This document shows, one piece after another, positions 1-11,210 of a stretch of 64,000 nucleotides of DNA (positions are counted from its first letter, which is position 1; the number at the start of each line of letters is the position of its first letter). This stretch comes from Roseateles sp. GTDB lineage: Bacteria; Pseudomonadota; Gammaproteobacteria; Burkholderiales; Burkholderiaceae_C. Position numbers and translations under genes: made by a program. The stretch covers positions 9,925 through 73,924 of the forward strand of contig JACDQM010000034.1 in assembly GCA_015657635.1 (NCBI GenBank), given 5' to 3'. A model generated the notes under the pieces. It did not search any database. It was not told the origin of the DNA and worked only from the letters and a program-made list of their open reading frames with translations.

Positions 1-143
1 GTCTCGGTCGGCTCGGAGACGTTGACGCCGACGATGTCCGCCCCGGCTTCAGCCAGCGCCAAGGCCATGCCCTGCCCCAGCCCGGTATTGCAGCCGGTGA
101 CGATGGCGACGCGGCCGCTCAGTTGGAAGTTGTCCAGAATCAT
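1..143 (-). CDS. kduD: 2-dehydro-3-deoxy-D-gluconate 5-dehydrogenase (SDR); N-terminal part only, runs off the window edge
   Basis: Manual minus-strand translation from ATG 143 gives MILDNFQLSGRVAIVTGCNTGLGQGMALALAEAGADIVGVN, the typical KduD N-terminus with TGxxxGxG. It lies directly downstream of kduI. Confidence 0.9.
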   Translation of the reverse strand, partial: MILDNFQLSGRVAIVTGCNTGLGQGMALALAEAGADIVGVNVSEPTE

Positions 144-158
144 GGCTATGCCTTGTAC

Positions 159-995
159 TCAGCGCAGGGTGGTCATGGGCACATGGTCCATGTCCTTGAA
201 GACCTGGTTCTCGCCCACCATGCCCCAGATGAAGGTGTAAGCCTGGGTGCCGACGCCGGAGTGGATGCTCCAGCTCGGGCTGATCACGGCCTGCTCATTG
301 CGCACCACCAGGTGGCGGGTCTCGGTCGGCTCGCCCAGCATGTGGAAGACTGCCGCCTGCTCGCTCATGTCGAAGTAGAAGTAGACCTCCATGCGGCGGT
401 CATGCGTGTGGCAGGGCATGGTGTTCCACAGGCTGCCAGGCTCCAGCTGGGTCATGCCCATCAGCAGCTGGCAGGTGGGCAGCACGTCGGGCACCAGGAA
501 CTTGTAGATGGTGCGGCGGTTGCTGGTTTCCGGCGCGCCCAGGGTCTCGGGCGAAGCCTCGGCCAGCGTCACCTTGCGGTGCGGATAGGCGGTGTGGGCC
601 GGTGCGCAGTTGAAATAGAGCTTGGCCGGCGTGGCGGCATCGACGCTGGCGAACTCCAGCTGCTTGGCGCCCTGGCCCACATACAGGGCCTCGCGCGGGC
701 CGATCTCGAAGAGCTGGCCATCCACCGTGACGCGCGCTGCGCCGCCGATATTGATCAGGCCCAGCTCGCGGCGCTGCAGGAAGAAGTCGGTGCCGGTGTG
801 CTTGCCCAGCTCCGGAGAAAAAGTCACCGGCTTGGCCACAGGCATGATGCCGCCGACGATGATGCGGTCGATCTGGCTGTAGGTCAGCGTGGCCTCGTCG
901 GCCTTGAACAGGGTCTCGACCAGAAAGTGGCGGCGCAGGCCGCTGGTGTCCAGCGTGCGGGCGTGCTCGCTGTGAATGGGTTGGCGGATTTCCAT
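159..995 (-). CDS. kduI: 5-dehydro-4-deoxy-D-glucuronate (DKI) isomerase
   Basis: MEIRQPIHS start; [19 protein letters not shown] and [12 protein letters not shown] motifs; [13 protein letters not shown]-terminus; GAGG RBS before ATG 995. Confidence 0.95.
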   Translation of the reverse strand: MEIRQPIHSEHARTLDTSGLRRHFLVETLFKADEATLTYSQIDRIIVGGIMPVAKPVTFSPELGKHTGTDFFLQRRELGLINIGGAARVTVDGQLFEIGPREALYVGQGAKQLEFASVDAATPAKLYFNCAPAHTAYPHRKVTLAEASPETLGAPETSNRRTIYKFLVPDVLPTCQLLMGMTQLEPGSLWNTMPCHTHDRRMEVYFYFDMSEQAAVFHMLGEPTETRHLVVRNEQAVISPSWSIHSGVGTQAYTFIWGMVGENQVFKDMDHVPMTTLR

Positions 996-1100
996 GGACG
1001 GTCCTCGGTTGGGCCGCAGCCTGTACAAACGGCTGCGGCAGATGTCATGGGGCGCAAGCGTAACCCCGACTGGGACTTTCCCGGAATCATGGTTTCTATT

Positions 1101-1121
1101 TAGTGAACCACTGTTTCATTT
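1101..1121. promoter_or_regulatory. KdgR-like operator between divergent kduI and kdgF
   Basis: tagTGAACCAcTGTTTCAttt closely matches the enterobacterial KdgR box (TGAAACAnTGTTTCA core). It sits in an AT-rich island within GC-rich DNA. Confidence 0.7.
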
Positions 1122-1172
1122 ATTCGCAGGCTCGGTATAGTTGCCCTCAACACAGCCGGAGTACCGCCTGCC

Positions 1173-1520
1173 ATGAGTTCCTCTTCCACCTTCTTCGACA
1201 ACGCCGCCACGCCCTGGACTGACCTGGGCGACGGCATCCGCCGCAAGATCGTCGGCCACACGCCCGAGTTGATGTCGGTGCTGGTGCAGTTCGACCGCGG
1301 CGCCATCGGCACCCCGCATGCCCATGACGCGCATGACCAGATCGCCTATGTGGTGTCGGGCGCCTTCGAAGCCGAGATCGATGGCGTCAAGCGCGTGCTG
1401 CGCGTCGGTGATGCCTTCGTCGCACCGCGCCTGACCATGCACGGCGTGGTCGCGCTGGAAGCCGACAGCACCTTGCTGGACCAGTTTTCACCGCGCCGAG
1501 ACGATTACCTGACCACCTGA
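1173..1520 (+). CDS. kdgF: Cupin-domain pectin degradation protein, KdgF-like
   Basis: 115 aa; GIRRKIVGH, HAHDAHDQIAYV, HGVVALE and FSPRRDDY motifs typical of KdgF; pectin locus context. Confidence 0.85.
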   Translation: MSSSSTFFDNAATPWTDLGDGIRRKIVGHTPELMSVLVQFDRGAIGTPHAHDAHDQIAYVVSGAFEAEIDGVKRVLRVGDAFVAPRLTMHGVVALEADSTLLDQFSPRRDDYLTT

Positions 1521-1657
1521 AGCACCACGCGGGCTGCACTGCAGTGGCCTGCGAAACCTGAGGCGACCTGCGTTCGCCCTCCGAGACACAGATCCACGGC
1601 CGCGCCTCGCAGACCGATAGATGGCGCGGACTGACAGCAAAACTACGGAGACAAACC

Positions 1658-4623
1658 ATGAACTCATCGCGCCGCAAGTCGCCTCATTTCCATCTTGCCC
1701 GCCCAGCCATCACGCTGGCAGCACTCGCCCTCATTTCCTCAGCACAGGCACAGCAGAGCGCGCCTGTAGCAGCACCCGCAGCCGCCGGCGCCAAGTCCGG
1801 CTCGCTGGAAACCGTGGTTGTCAGTGGCTTCCGCGCCTCGCTGGAAAGCGCCCTGAACAAGAAGCGCACCGACAACGGCATCGTCGACGCCATCACCGCG
1901 GAAGACATTGCCAAGTTCCCGGATACCAACCTGGCTGAAAGCCTTCAGCGCATTCCGGGCGTCGTGATTGACCGCGATGCCGGCGAAGGTCGCTCCATCA
2001 CCGTGCGCGGCCTGGGCAGCGACTTCACCCGTGTGCGCATCAACGGCATCGAGGCCCTCGCCACCACGGGCGGCGCCGACAGCTCCGGCGGCAACAACCG
2101 CAGCCGCGGCTTCGACTTCAACGTCTTCGCATCCGAACTGTTCAGCAGCGTCACGGTTCGCAAGAGCGCCAGCGCCGATGTCGAAGAGGGTTCGCTGGGC
2201 GCGACGGTCGACCTGTCGACCACCCGGCCCTTCGACCTCAAGGGCTTCGTTTCCTCGGTGTCCGTGCAGGGTCGCCACAACGACCTGTCGGGCAAGACCG
2301 ATCCGCGCCTGGCCTTCCTGGTCAGCAACACCTTTGCAGACCGCAAGTTCGGCGCACTGCTGTCCGCCGCTTACTCCAAGCGCAATCTCTATGAAGACCT
2401 GTTCGGCACCGGCCGTTGGGACAATGGCCCATCGTCAGGCGGATGGTGCGCGCCCACCGGCGTGGCGGCCAACCCGGCCGGTTCCACCACCCATTGCGGC
2501 CCGGCCGCACAAGGCGTTCTGCGCGTGCCCGGCACGCCGGAAAACATCGCGGCCTACAACCTCGCCAGCAAGCCCGAGAACTTCCATCCACGCCTGCCGC
2601 GCTACGGCCGCCTGACCCATGTGCAGGACCGCCTGGGCGTGACCGCGTCATTCCAGTTCAAGCCGATGGACGGCACGCTGGCCTCGCTTGACCTGATGTA
2701 CGCCAAGCTCGATGCCACGCGGCAGGAGGACTACCTCTCGACCTTCTCGTTCAGCCGGGCCATCACAGGCGGCGGCAAGCCGCAGGTCACCGTGCTCGAT
2801 GCGCAGTACGCGCCGAACGGTTCGCTCCTGTATGGCCGCTACAACGGCGTCGACGTGCGCGCCGAATCGCGTTACGACGAGCTATCGACCGTCTACACCC
2901 AGCCGACGCTGACGTTGGAGCATGCAGTCAGCGACACCGTCAAGCTGACCGCACGAGCCGGCCGTGCGCAGTCGAAGTTCCGCAACCCCATACAGACCAC
3001 CACCACGCTGGATGCGGCCAACGTCAATGGCTACACGCTGGACTTCCGCGGCAACAGCCGCCTGCCAGTCATCGGCTATCCGATCGACGTCACCCAAGCG
3101 GGCGGCCCGATGACCCTGATCAGCGTGCCGCAGGTGAGCTCGGGCACACAGCCCAGCAGCATCGCCAACTCGCTGCCCAGCGAAATCCGCATCCGCCCGC
3201 AAGGCAGCACAAACATCAATGATGTGGCCCAACTCAACGTCTCCTGGGATGCACTGCCCAGCGTGACCCTCAAGGCCGGCGCGGACTACAAGCGCTACAC
3301 CTTCGACACCTTCGAGTTCCGCCGGGTCAACCAGGGCGACACCATCTTCGCGCCGCCCGCCGGCACCACGGTCGCGCAGCTGACAACCACTCGCAGCCTG
3401 GATGGATCGTCGCTGGGCATTCCGGCTGGAACACCAGCAGCTGGGCGATCCCGAACCTGCCGGCCATCGTTGCTGCCTACGACATCTACTGCAACTGCAT
3501 CAAGAGCGGCCCCGCCGGCGGACCTGGCGACTTCACGCTCTCGTCGATCACCAACGGCAACGCACGCGGCAACAATCGCAGCGCGCAGGAAACCGACACC
3601 GGCGGCTGGCTGATGGCCGACTTCGACACCAAGTTGATGAACGTTCCGGTGCGCGGCAATGTGGGCGTTCGCTACGTCAAGACCGATCTGAGAAGCGTCG
3701 GCTACCTGGCGACCGGCGGTGGCACCGAGGTCGTCGTCGACAACAGCTACAACGATGTGCTGCCTTCCTTGAACGTGGCAGCCAATCTTTCGCGCGACCT
3801 GATTCTGCGGGCCGGTGCGGCGAAGGTGATGTCGCGCCCGCAACTCGGCAACCTGAGCCCGGGCGGCAGCATCAACACCACGGGCCAGCTGTCGATCGCG
3901 ACTGGCAATCCTTTCCTCAAGCCGTTCCGGGCCAAGACTTTCGACACCAGCGTTGAGTGGTATCACGACAAGACGGCCTTCGTCGGACTGGGCCTGTTCT
4001 ACAAGAAGATCGACACCTACATCCAGAGCCTGCGCAACAACATTCCGTACAACCAGACCGGCTTCCCGCTGTCCCTGCTGCCATCAAACTTCACAGGCAA
4101 CGAAGTCTTCCAGGTCACCACGCCCATCAACACCAGCGGCGGCGACCTGTCGGGCTTCGAGCTGAACGTCCAGCAGCCCTTCACCTTCCTGCCCGCCTGG
4201 GGCAAGAACTTCGGCGTGCTGCTGAACTACACGCAGGTCAAGTCCAAGATCGATTACCAAGTCTCGCCGACCAGCAGCGCCGTCATCCGTGATGACCTGC
4301 TGAATCTCAGCCCCAAGTCGGCAAATGCGACGCTCTACTATGACGACGGCAAGTTCAGCGCCCGCGTCTCGGCGTCCAAGCGCAGTGCCTTCCTGACCCG
4401 AGTGCCCGGCCAGAACAACAACGACGTCGAGGGCAAGAACGGCAGCACCTATGTGGACATGTCGATCTCCTACAAGATGAACGACAAGCTTGAGTTCACG
4501 CTGCAGGGTGTGAACCTGACGAACGAAGCCAGCGACTTCTTCATCAGCCGCGCACGCAATGACGTTGTCTCCTACAACGTCACCGGCCGCGAGTTCCTGT
4601 TCGGGGCGCGCTACAAGTTCTGA
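1658..4623 (+). CDS. TonB-dependent receptor (probable pectin-oligosaccharide transporter), split by an apparent single-base deletion near 3435
   Basis: Signal peptide, TonB box LETVVVSGFR, plug (DAITAEDIAKFPDTNLAESLQRIPGV) and barrel ending GARYKF. ORFs 1658..3613 and 3613..4623 join if one base is restored at ACACCAGCAGCTGG, giving ...GTPSSWAIPNLPAIVAAYDIYC.... Confidence 0.88.
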
Positions 4624-4625
4624 GC

Positions 4626-6653
4626 ATGCTTCGTCATGTCATCGGAAGCTTGTGCCTGATGGCGTCTGTCGCTCACGCAGCCGCACCGACCGTGCTGCTC
4701 GTGGGTGACAGCACCATGGCGCCGCAGACCGGCTACGGCGAAGCACTGTGCCAGCGCCTGGAGCCTGCAGCCTTGTGCCTAAACCTGGGGCGTGGCGGCC
4801 GCAGCACTTTGAGTTATCGGGAGGAGGGCTTGTGGGACCGTGCGCTGGCTCGCGTCAGCGCACGGTCGGCAGGCAGCCAAGCCCATGTGCTGATCCAGTT
4901 CGGCCACAACGACCAACCCGGCAAGCCGGGCCGCTCCACCGACCTGGCCCGCGAGTACCCGGCCAACCTGGTTCGCTACATCCAGGACCTGCGTGCCGTC
5001 CAGGCGCAGCCTGTGCTGGTGACGCCGCTGACGCGCCGCCTGTTCAAGGCCGGCGTGCTGCAGGATGATCTGCAGCCCTGGGCGGAGGCGATGCGCACCG
5101 TCGCCCGAGAGCAGCAGGTGCCGCTGGTGGACCTGCACGCCCTCAGCATGGCCGCCGTGCGAGAGCTGGGCAGTCCGGCAGCGGATGCGCTGGCCCAGGC
5201 CGCGCTAGGGCAGCCCGCCTTCGACCACACCCACCTGGGGCCGCGCGGCGCCTGCCTGTTCGCCGAACTGCTGTCGCGCGAACTGGCCCGCCAGGTGCGT
5301 GCGCTGGATCTGCCGCGCAGCGCACAGCCCGACTGCGCCAGCGTGCCCGCTCCGTCGGCCGAGCCGATGGCTGCCGCAGCGCCCTTTCCCTTGCACCGCG
5401 CCAGCTACCAGCATTCCGGCTGGGCTGTCGGCACGCTGGGCGGGCGCGGCGGACGCATCATCAAGGTGACGACGCTGAAGGACAGCGGCCCCGGCTCATT
5501 GCGTGCAGCCCTGGAGGCCGAAGGCCCGCGCATCGTGGTGTTCGAGGTCGGCGGCGTCATCGACCTGCAAGGAAGCGCGCTGGAGATCCGCCACCCCTTC
5601 GTGACAGTGGCCGGTCAGACGGCGCCTGAACCCGGCATCACCCTCATCAAGGGCGAGCTGAACATCCGCAGCCATGACGTGATCATTCAGCACCTCAGTG
5701 TGCGCCCTGGCGCCTTCGGCCGCGCCAAGCGCAGCGGCGCCGACCATGACGGCATTGCCACCAATGCCGGCGCGCACCAGGTGATCGTCGACCACTGCAG
5801 CTTTTCCTGGGCGACGGACGAGAACCTGTCGATTGGCGGGCCGCGCTTCGAAGGCCCTGACCCGGCCGCCTGGCGACGTGCCACCTCGCACGAGATCACC
5901 TACAGCAACAACCTGATCTACGAGGGGCTGGCCGACAGCGTGCACCCCAAGGGCGAACACTCCAAGGGCAGCCTGGTGCACGACAACGCCTCGGGCGTTC
6001 TGCTGCTCGGGAACATCTACGCCAGCAACCGCGAGCGCAACGCCTTGTTCAAAGGTGGCGTGCATGCCGCGATGGTCAACAACCTGATCTACAACCCGGG
6101 CGCCAGGGCCGTGCACTACAACCTGATCGCTCATGAATGGCAGGGCCGGCGCTACGAGACCGGCAAGCTTGCGCTGGTGGGTAATGCACTGCGCTACGGG
6201 CCTGACACGCCGCCCGGCACAGCGCTGTTCAGCCTGGGCGGGCACGGCGATCTGGAGTTGCACCTATCCGACAACATCGCCGTCGATGCCAATGGCCACG
6301 GTGTGGCGCAGACCGGCCGCTACACCTCGGGATCGGCCCGCATGCTGCCTGCCGGCAGCGCCGAGCGCCCGGCCTACCTACCACCACGCCTGCGCGTCTT
6401 GCCGGCCGCACAGCTGGAGGACCACATTTTTCTGACGGCGGGTGCCCGCCCCTGGAACCGCGACCCGATCGACTTCAAGCTGCTGTCGGACGTCGCCGAA
6501 GGTCGCGGCCGCATCATCGACAGCGAAACCGAGTCGAGCGGCTACCCCCGCTACCCCGCGACCACGCGTGCCTTCGACCCCGCGGCCTGGCATTTGCATG
6601 ACATGAGCCCCAAGGCCGGCTGGGATTCCCTGTTTTCCAAGAGCAAGCCATGA
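4626..6653 (+). CDS. Secreted SGNH/GDSL pectin or rhamnogalacturonan acetylesterase (CE12-like) fused to a PL1-type pectate lyase
   Basis: Signal peptide. N-half has VGDST, GGRS, QFGHND and DHTH (SGNH blocks). C-half has GGRGGRIIKVTTLKDSGPGSLRAAL, AGQTAP and VIVDHCSFSWATDE (PL1 beta-helix). Confidence 0.85.
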   Translation: MLRHVIGSLCLMASVAHAAAPTVLLVGDSTMAPQTGYGEALCQRLEPAALCLNLGRGGRSTLSYREEGLWDRALARVSARSAGSQAHVLIQFGHNDQPGKPGRSTDLAREYPANLVRYIQDLRAVQAQPVLVTPLTRRLFKAGVLQDDLQPWAEAMRTVAREQQVPLVDLHALSMAAVRELGSPAADALAQAALGQPAFDHTHLGPRGACLFAELLSRELARQVRALDLPRSAQPDCASVPAPSAEPMAAAAPFPLHRASYQHSGWAVGTLGGRGGRIIKVTTLKDSGPGSLRAALEAEGPRIVVFEVGGVIDLQGSALEIRHPFVTVAGQTAPEPGITLIKGELNIRSHDVIIQHLSVRPGAFGRAKRSGADHDGIATNAGAHQVIVDHCSFSWATDENLSIGGPRFEGPDPAAWRRATSHEITYSNNLIYEGLADSVHPKGEHSKGSLVHDNASGVLLLGNIYASNRERNALFKGGVHAAMVNNLIYNPGARAVHYNLIAHEWQGRRYETGKLALVGNALRYGPDTPPGTALFSLGGHGDLELHLSDNIAVDANGHGVAQTGRYTSGSARMLPAGSAERPAYLPPRLRVLPAAQLEDHIFLTAGARPWNRDPIDFKLLSDVAEGRGRIIDSETESSGYPRYPATTRAFDPAAWHLHDMSPKAGWDSLFSKSKP

Positions 6654-8247
6654 ACAAAGACCTGTCCCGCCGGCACCTGCTGGGCGCCAGCCTGGGCGCG
6701 GGCCTATTGAGCGCCTGTGGCACCGTGCCACCCACCCCGTCGCCGCAATGGCCAGCGGGCGTGGAAGGCCAGCGCCGCGCCGATCTGGGCAACGGCACCT
6801 ACCTGAACCCGGTGCTGGCCGGCGACCGACCCGACCCCACGGTGCTGAAGGACGGCCGCGACTACTACATGACCCACTCGTCCTTCGAGGCCAACCCGGG
6901 GCTGCTGATCTGGCACTCGCGGGACCTAGTGAACTGGCAGCCCATCGGCAATGCGCTGAACGAGTACCTGGGCAGTGTGTGGGCGCCCGAGCTGACCAAA
7001 CATGCCGGCCGCTACTACCTCTATGTACCGACCAAGCACCCGCAGGGCAATGACATCTGGGTGCTGCACGCCGACAACATCCGCGGCCCCTGGTCCAAAC
7101 CGGTGGCGCTGGGCATCGACAAGATCGATCCCGGCCATGCGGTGGACGCGCAGGGGCGGCGCTTCCTATTCCTGAGCGCCGGCTTGCGCGCGCGCCTCAG
7201 CGACGATGGGCTGAAGGCCATCGGGCCGCTTGAAAAAGTCTATGAGGGCTGGCAGTACCCGGAGGAATGGGACGTGGAGGGCTTTGCGCAGGAAGGCCCG
7301 AAGATGACCTGGCATGCCGGCTGGTGGCACATGACCACGGCCCTGGGCGGCACGGCCGGCCCACCCACCGGCCATATGGTGGTGCATGCGCGGGCCCGGA
7401 CCCTCGATGGACCGTGGGAGAACTCGCCCTACAACCCCATCTTGCGCACGCGCCACATCAGCGAGGCCTGGTGGTCGCGCGGCCATGGCACGCTGGTGGA
7501 AGGCCCGACCGCCGGCGACTGGTACATGATGCTGCACGGCTACGAGAACAACCACCGCACCCTGGGCCGGCAGACGCTGCTGGAGCCGGTGCAATGGACG
7601 CCGGACGGCTGGTACCGCAGCCGCTATCCCGATGCCGGCAGCCCGCTGCCCGCGCCACGCGGCGGCTCGCCCGTGCCGCACGGCATGCGCCTGTCCGACG
7701 ATTTCAGTGCGCCCAGCTGGGCGCAGTGGAGCTTCTTCCGCGGCGATGCGCAGGACCCGGGCCGGTGCGCGTGGGTGGCGGCGTGCTCGATCTGGCCTGC
7801 CGCGGCAACGGGCCGGCCAGCAGCGCACCGCTGTGCTTTGTCAGTGGCGACCGCAACTACCAAGTCGAGGTGGACATCGACTTCGACGCGCAGGCGCAGG
7901 CCGGCCTGCTGCTGTTCTACAACGACAAGCTCTATGCCGGCTTGGGCGTCGACGCCAAGGGCTTCTGGCTGCACCGCTACGGGCAGGACCAGCGCCGCGG
8001 CAACACGCCGCCCGGCGCGGAACGCCGGCTGCGGGTGCGGGTGACGCTGCGCGATCACATCCTCACCCTGCACACCCGGCACGCGGGCAGCGAGCGCTGG
8101 GTCAAGTACGGCACGCAGATGGAAGTCTCGGGCTATCACCACAACGTGGCCGGCGGCTTCATGAGCCTGCGCCCGGCGATCTATGCGGCCGGTCAGGGAC
8201 GCGTGCGCTTTGGCAAGCTGGTCTATCGAGCCATGGAGTCCACTTGA
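6650..8247 (+). CDS. Family 43 glycoside hydrolase (beta-xylosidase/arabinofuranosidase-like) with C-terminal beta-sandwich; apparent single-base deletion near 7765
   Basis: NPVLAGDRPDP, HSSFEANPGLLIWHSRDLVNW, WAP, IDP and EGP motifs. The C-terminal domain continues in ORF 7267..8247 (VRVGGGVLDLACRG...SLRPAIYAAGQG). Tat/lipoprotein leader SRRHLL...LSAC. Confidence 0.85.
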
Positions 8248-9572
8248 ACGCAAGCCCGACACTGCGGTGCTGCGCTGGCTTGTTCGTGTTCGCAGGAATG
8301 TGGGCATCGTCAGCAGCCGCCGTCATCGGCAGCATCCCACCGGCTCCCCCCTTGAGCCCGGCGCGCGTGGCTGCGCTGACAGAGCCCGAGCGCAGTGCCT
8401 GGGTCAGCTACCTGGCCGCATCGGCGCGTCAGATGCAGGCGGACCGGACCGCACTGGCGGCCGAACGCCGCCCCGGCACCGCCGTGCCGGCGCCGCCGGC
8501 CTCGGGCAAGAGCGAAGCCAGCATGCCGCTTGACCGGCCGGCGGCCTGGTATGCCAGCGCCGAAGCCTTGCGCGTGGCCGACAACATCGTGAGCTTCCAG
8601 ACGCCGGCCGGTGGCTGGGGCAAGAACCAGCCGCGTGACCAGCCGCCGCGTCTGCTCGGCCAGGCCTTTGTGACCAGCAATGCGTCGGCCTTTGCACAGG
8701 CCGGCGACTTTGACTCGCAACAGGAACGCGAATGGAGCTATGCGGGCACCATCGACAACGATGCGACCCTGACCGAGATCCGCTTTCTGGCCCAGGTGCA
8801 GGCCGCCTTGCCCACGGCCGCGTCCGTGGCCTACCGCGCTGCGGCCATCAAGGGCCTGAAGTACCTGCTGAGCGCCCAGTTTCCGAATGGGGGTTGGCCA
8901 CAGGTCTGGCCGCTGCAGGGCGGCTACCACGATGCCATCACCCTCAACGACGACGCGATGGTGGGCGTGGCCAGCCTGCTGGGGGACGTGGCCACGGGCC
9001 GCAGCCCCTTCGACTTCGTGCCGCCCGCCTTGCGCAGCGAGGCGGCGGCAGCACAGCAGCGCGCCAACAGCCTGCTGCTTGCGCTGCAGATCAGCGTCAA
9101 CGGGCGCCGCCTGCTGTGGGCGCAGCAGCACGATGCGCTGACTCTGGTGCCGGTTTCGGCTCGCAACTATGAGCCGCCAGCGCTGAGCAGTTCAGAGAGC
9201 GCCGCGGTACTGATGTACCTGATGCGCCTGCCCCAGCCCGACGCCGACACAGTCGCAGCGGTGGAGGCTGCGGTCCGGACCCTGCGCGAGCTGGAAATCT
9301 TCGATCAGGTCTGGGAGCGACCCGCTGGCGCCACGGCGCGCAGCCTGCGCCAGCAGCCCGGCGCCCGGCACCTGTGGGCGCGCTACTACGATGTGCAGTC
9401 CTTGACACCACGCTTCGGCGACCGCGACAAATCCTTGTACGACGATGTGGCCGACGTCAGCCCCGAGCGCCGCAACGGCTACGCCTGGTTCGTGACCTCG
9501 CCCAGGGCCGCACTCCAGGCCTATGAGCGCTGGCCGCATCGCAAGCCCAATCCCGCTGGCCCAGGCCAGTGA
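8244..9572 (+). CDS. Pectate lyase, polysaccharide lyase family 10 (PelA/Pel10A-like)
   Basis: FQTPAGGWGKN, GTIDNDAT, AQFPNGGWPQVWP, ITLNDDAM, WAQQHD, ARNYEP and ERRNGYAW are PL10 motifs. Probable TTG start overlaps the GH43 stop, with a GGAG RBS and a signal peptide. Confidence 0.88.
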   Translation: MNASPTLRCCAGLFVFAGMWASSAAAVIGSIPPAPPLSPARVAALTEPERSAWVSYLAASARQMQADRTALAAERRPGTAVPAPPASGKSEASMPLDRPAAWYASAEALRVADNIVSFQTPAGGWGKNQPRDQPPRLLGQAFVTSNASAFAQAGDFDSQQEREWSYAGTIDNDATLTEIRFLAQVQAALPTAASVAYRAAAIKGLKYLLSAQFPNGGWPQVWPLQGGYHDAITLNDDAMVGVASLLGDVATGRSPFDFVPPALRSEAAAAQQRANSLLLALQISVNGRRLLWAQQHDALTLVPVSARNYEPPALSSSESAAVLMYLMRLPQPDADTVAAVEAAVRTLRELEIFDQVWERPAGATARSLRQQPGARHLWARYYDVQSLTPRFGDRDKSLYDDVADVSPERRNGYAWFVTSPRAALQAYERWPHRKPNPAGPGQ

Positions 9573-9689
9573 AGGCGCCGGCTCTTCAGGAAGGGCCGGC
9601 ATCGCTTGCGCTGCGGGTGCGGATGCACGGCTGCTAACGAACAGGCATAGGCTGCGCGCGCGCTCCGCCCTGCCCCGTCCACCCCTGCC

Positions 9690-10217
9690 ATGTTTTTTGA
9701 TCCATCGATGCTGTTCTCTCCGGCCCAGGGCTTCGGCTACCTGGCCTTCGGCATGGGCATGGCCTGCTTTGCGCAGACCGACGACAAGCGCTTCAAGGTC
9801 TTCATGGCCCTTGAGTGCCTGGCCTACGTGGTCCACTTCGCACTGCTGGGCCAGCCAACCGCCGTGGCCAGCAGCCTGGTGTCGCTGGCGCGCTCGGTGG
9901 CTGCGATGCGTTTTCGCCAGCCGCGGGTCGGCGTGTTCTTCATCCTGCTGAGCCTGGTGCTGGGCCTGTGGCTCCAGCAAAGCTGGGCCTCGATGCTGCC
10001 CATCCTGGCCTCGTGCATCGGCACCTTCGCGCTGTTCTTCCTGCAAGGCCTGCGCATGCGCTTGTTGATGCTGCTGGGCACCGGCCTGTGGTTGTGCAAC
10101 AACCTGATCGTCGGCTCGGTCGGCGGCAGCCTGCTGGAAGCGACGCTGCTGCTGACGAACAGCTGGACCATCTGGCGGCTCTGGCGTGCGCGGCCAGAAG
10201 GACACGCTCAGGCCTAA
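9690..10217 (+). CDS. YgjV-family inner membrane protein
   Basis: Highly hydrophobic 175 aa; AQGFG, HFALLG, and WLCNNLIVGSVGGSLLEA resemble YgjV. Confidence 0.7.
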   Translation: MFFDPSMLFSPAQGFGYLAFGMGMACFAQTDDKRFKVFMALECLAYVVHFALLGQPTAVASSLVSLARSVAAMRFRQPRVGVFFILLSLVLGLWLQQSWASMLPILASCIGTFALFFLQGLRMRLLMLLGTGLWLCNNLIVGSVGGSLLEATLLLTNSWTIWRLWRARPEGHAQA

Positions 10218-10242
10218 GGCCGGCGCACAACCCGGCCAGGGC

Positions 10243-11196
10243 TCAGTCAGCCATGTCGACCAGGTCCTGCATCAGCTCCGGCGCGATCACCGCACCGCGA
10301 TGCTGGATCACGCGCGCCGCCAGGCGGTTGCCGAATTCGGCCGCTGGCAGCGCATCCGCACCGAGCAGTCGGCGACTCAGATAGCCGGCGGCGAAGGAGT
10401 CTCCCGCCGCCGTGGTGTCCACCACCTTGGGCACGCTCACTGTCGGCGCTTCCTGCCAGTCGCTGTGGCCGGCCTGGCGCAGCAGGGTGGAGGCGGCGCC
10501 GCGCTTGATCAGGATCTCCGGCGGGGCCAGCTGCCGCGCATGCGCCACCGCCTCGTCCAGCGAGCCCAGGCCCATCACGGCCTGATGGTCGTCAGCCGTC
10601 ACCAGGGCGACCGTGGCCAGATGAAAGGCGCGGTTGAAGCAGGCCCTTGCCGTCAAAGGGTCCGGCCACAGGCGCGGCCGGTAATTGTTGTCGAACACCA
10701 CCTGCGCGCCCAACGCGCGCATCGACGCCATCAGCGCATAAACCCGCTCACGCGCCACTGGCGACAGGATGGCGAGGCTGATGCCACTCAGATAGAAGGT
10801 GCCGAACTCGTGGCAGCGCGCCTCCAGCGGCGTCTGCGCCGCCTCGAAATACAGGCGCGCTGCGCTGGAGTCGCGCCAGAAGTGGAAGCTGCGTTCGCCG
10901 CGCTCATCCAGCTCGATCATGTACATGCCCGGCAACTTGCCCGGCATGCGCCGCACCAGGCTCAGGTCCAGGCCCTGCGCCTGCCAGCGCTGCAGCAGGC
11001 CCTGGCTCAGCGGATCGTCGCCCAGCGCCGTGGCATAGCTGACCTCGATGCCAGCCGCCCGCCCGCAGCGCGCCAGATAGACCGCCGTGTTGAAGGTGTC
11101 GCCGCCATAGGCCTGGGTCAGTGTGCCAAAGGCCTGACCCTGCAGCTCCAGCATGCATTCGCCCAGCAAAACCACCTTGTGAGGTGCCGCCTCCAT
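10243..11196 (-). CDS. kdgK: 2-dehydro-3-deoxygluconokinase (PfkB family)
   Basis: GECMLEL, GGDTFNTAVYLAR, FDNNYRPRLW and VVDTTAAGDSFAAGYL motifs. Confidence 0.92.
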   Translation of the reverse strand: MEAAPHKVVLLGECMLELQGQAFGTLTQAYGGDTFNTAVYLARCGRAAGIEVSYATALGDDPLSQGLLQRWQAQGLDLSLVRRMPGKLPGMYMIELDERGERSFHFWRDSSAARLYFEAAQTPLEARCHEFGTFYLSGISLAILSPVARERVYALMASMRALGAQVVFDNNYRPRLWPDPLTARACFNRAFHLATVALVTADDHQAVMGLGSLDEAVAHARQLAPPEILIKRGAASTLLRQAGHSDWQEAPTVSVPKVVDTTAAGDSFAAGYLSRRLLGADALPAAEFGNRLAARVIQHRGAVIAPELMQDLVDMAD

Positions 11197-11210
11197 GAAA
11201 GCCCCTATCT

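Noticed and set aside
3402..3956. Separate small genes or programmed frameshifting at the receptor break (and at the other breaks)
   Set aside because: No slippery heptamer or stimulatory structure is present. Single-base restoration gives ordinary full-length proteins, so assembly error is more parsimonious.
7632..8243. N-terminal 200-aa extension of the PL10 ORF
   Set aside because: It overlaps the GH43 C-terminal domain in another frame and is low-complexity Arg/Ala/Pro. A TTG start with RBS and signal peptide exists at 8244.
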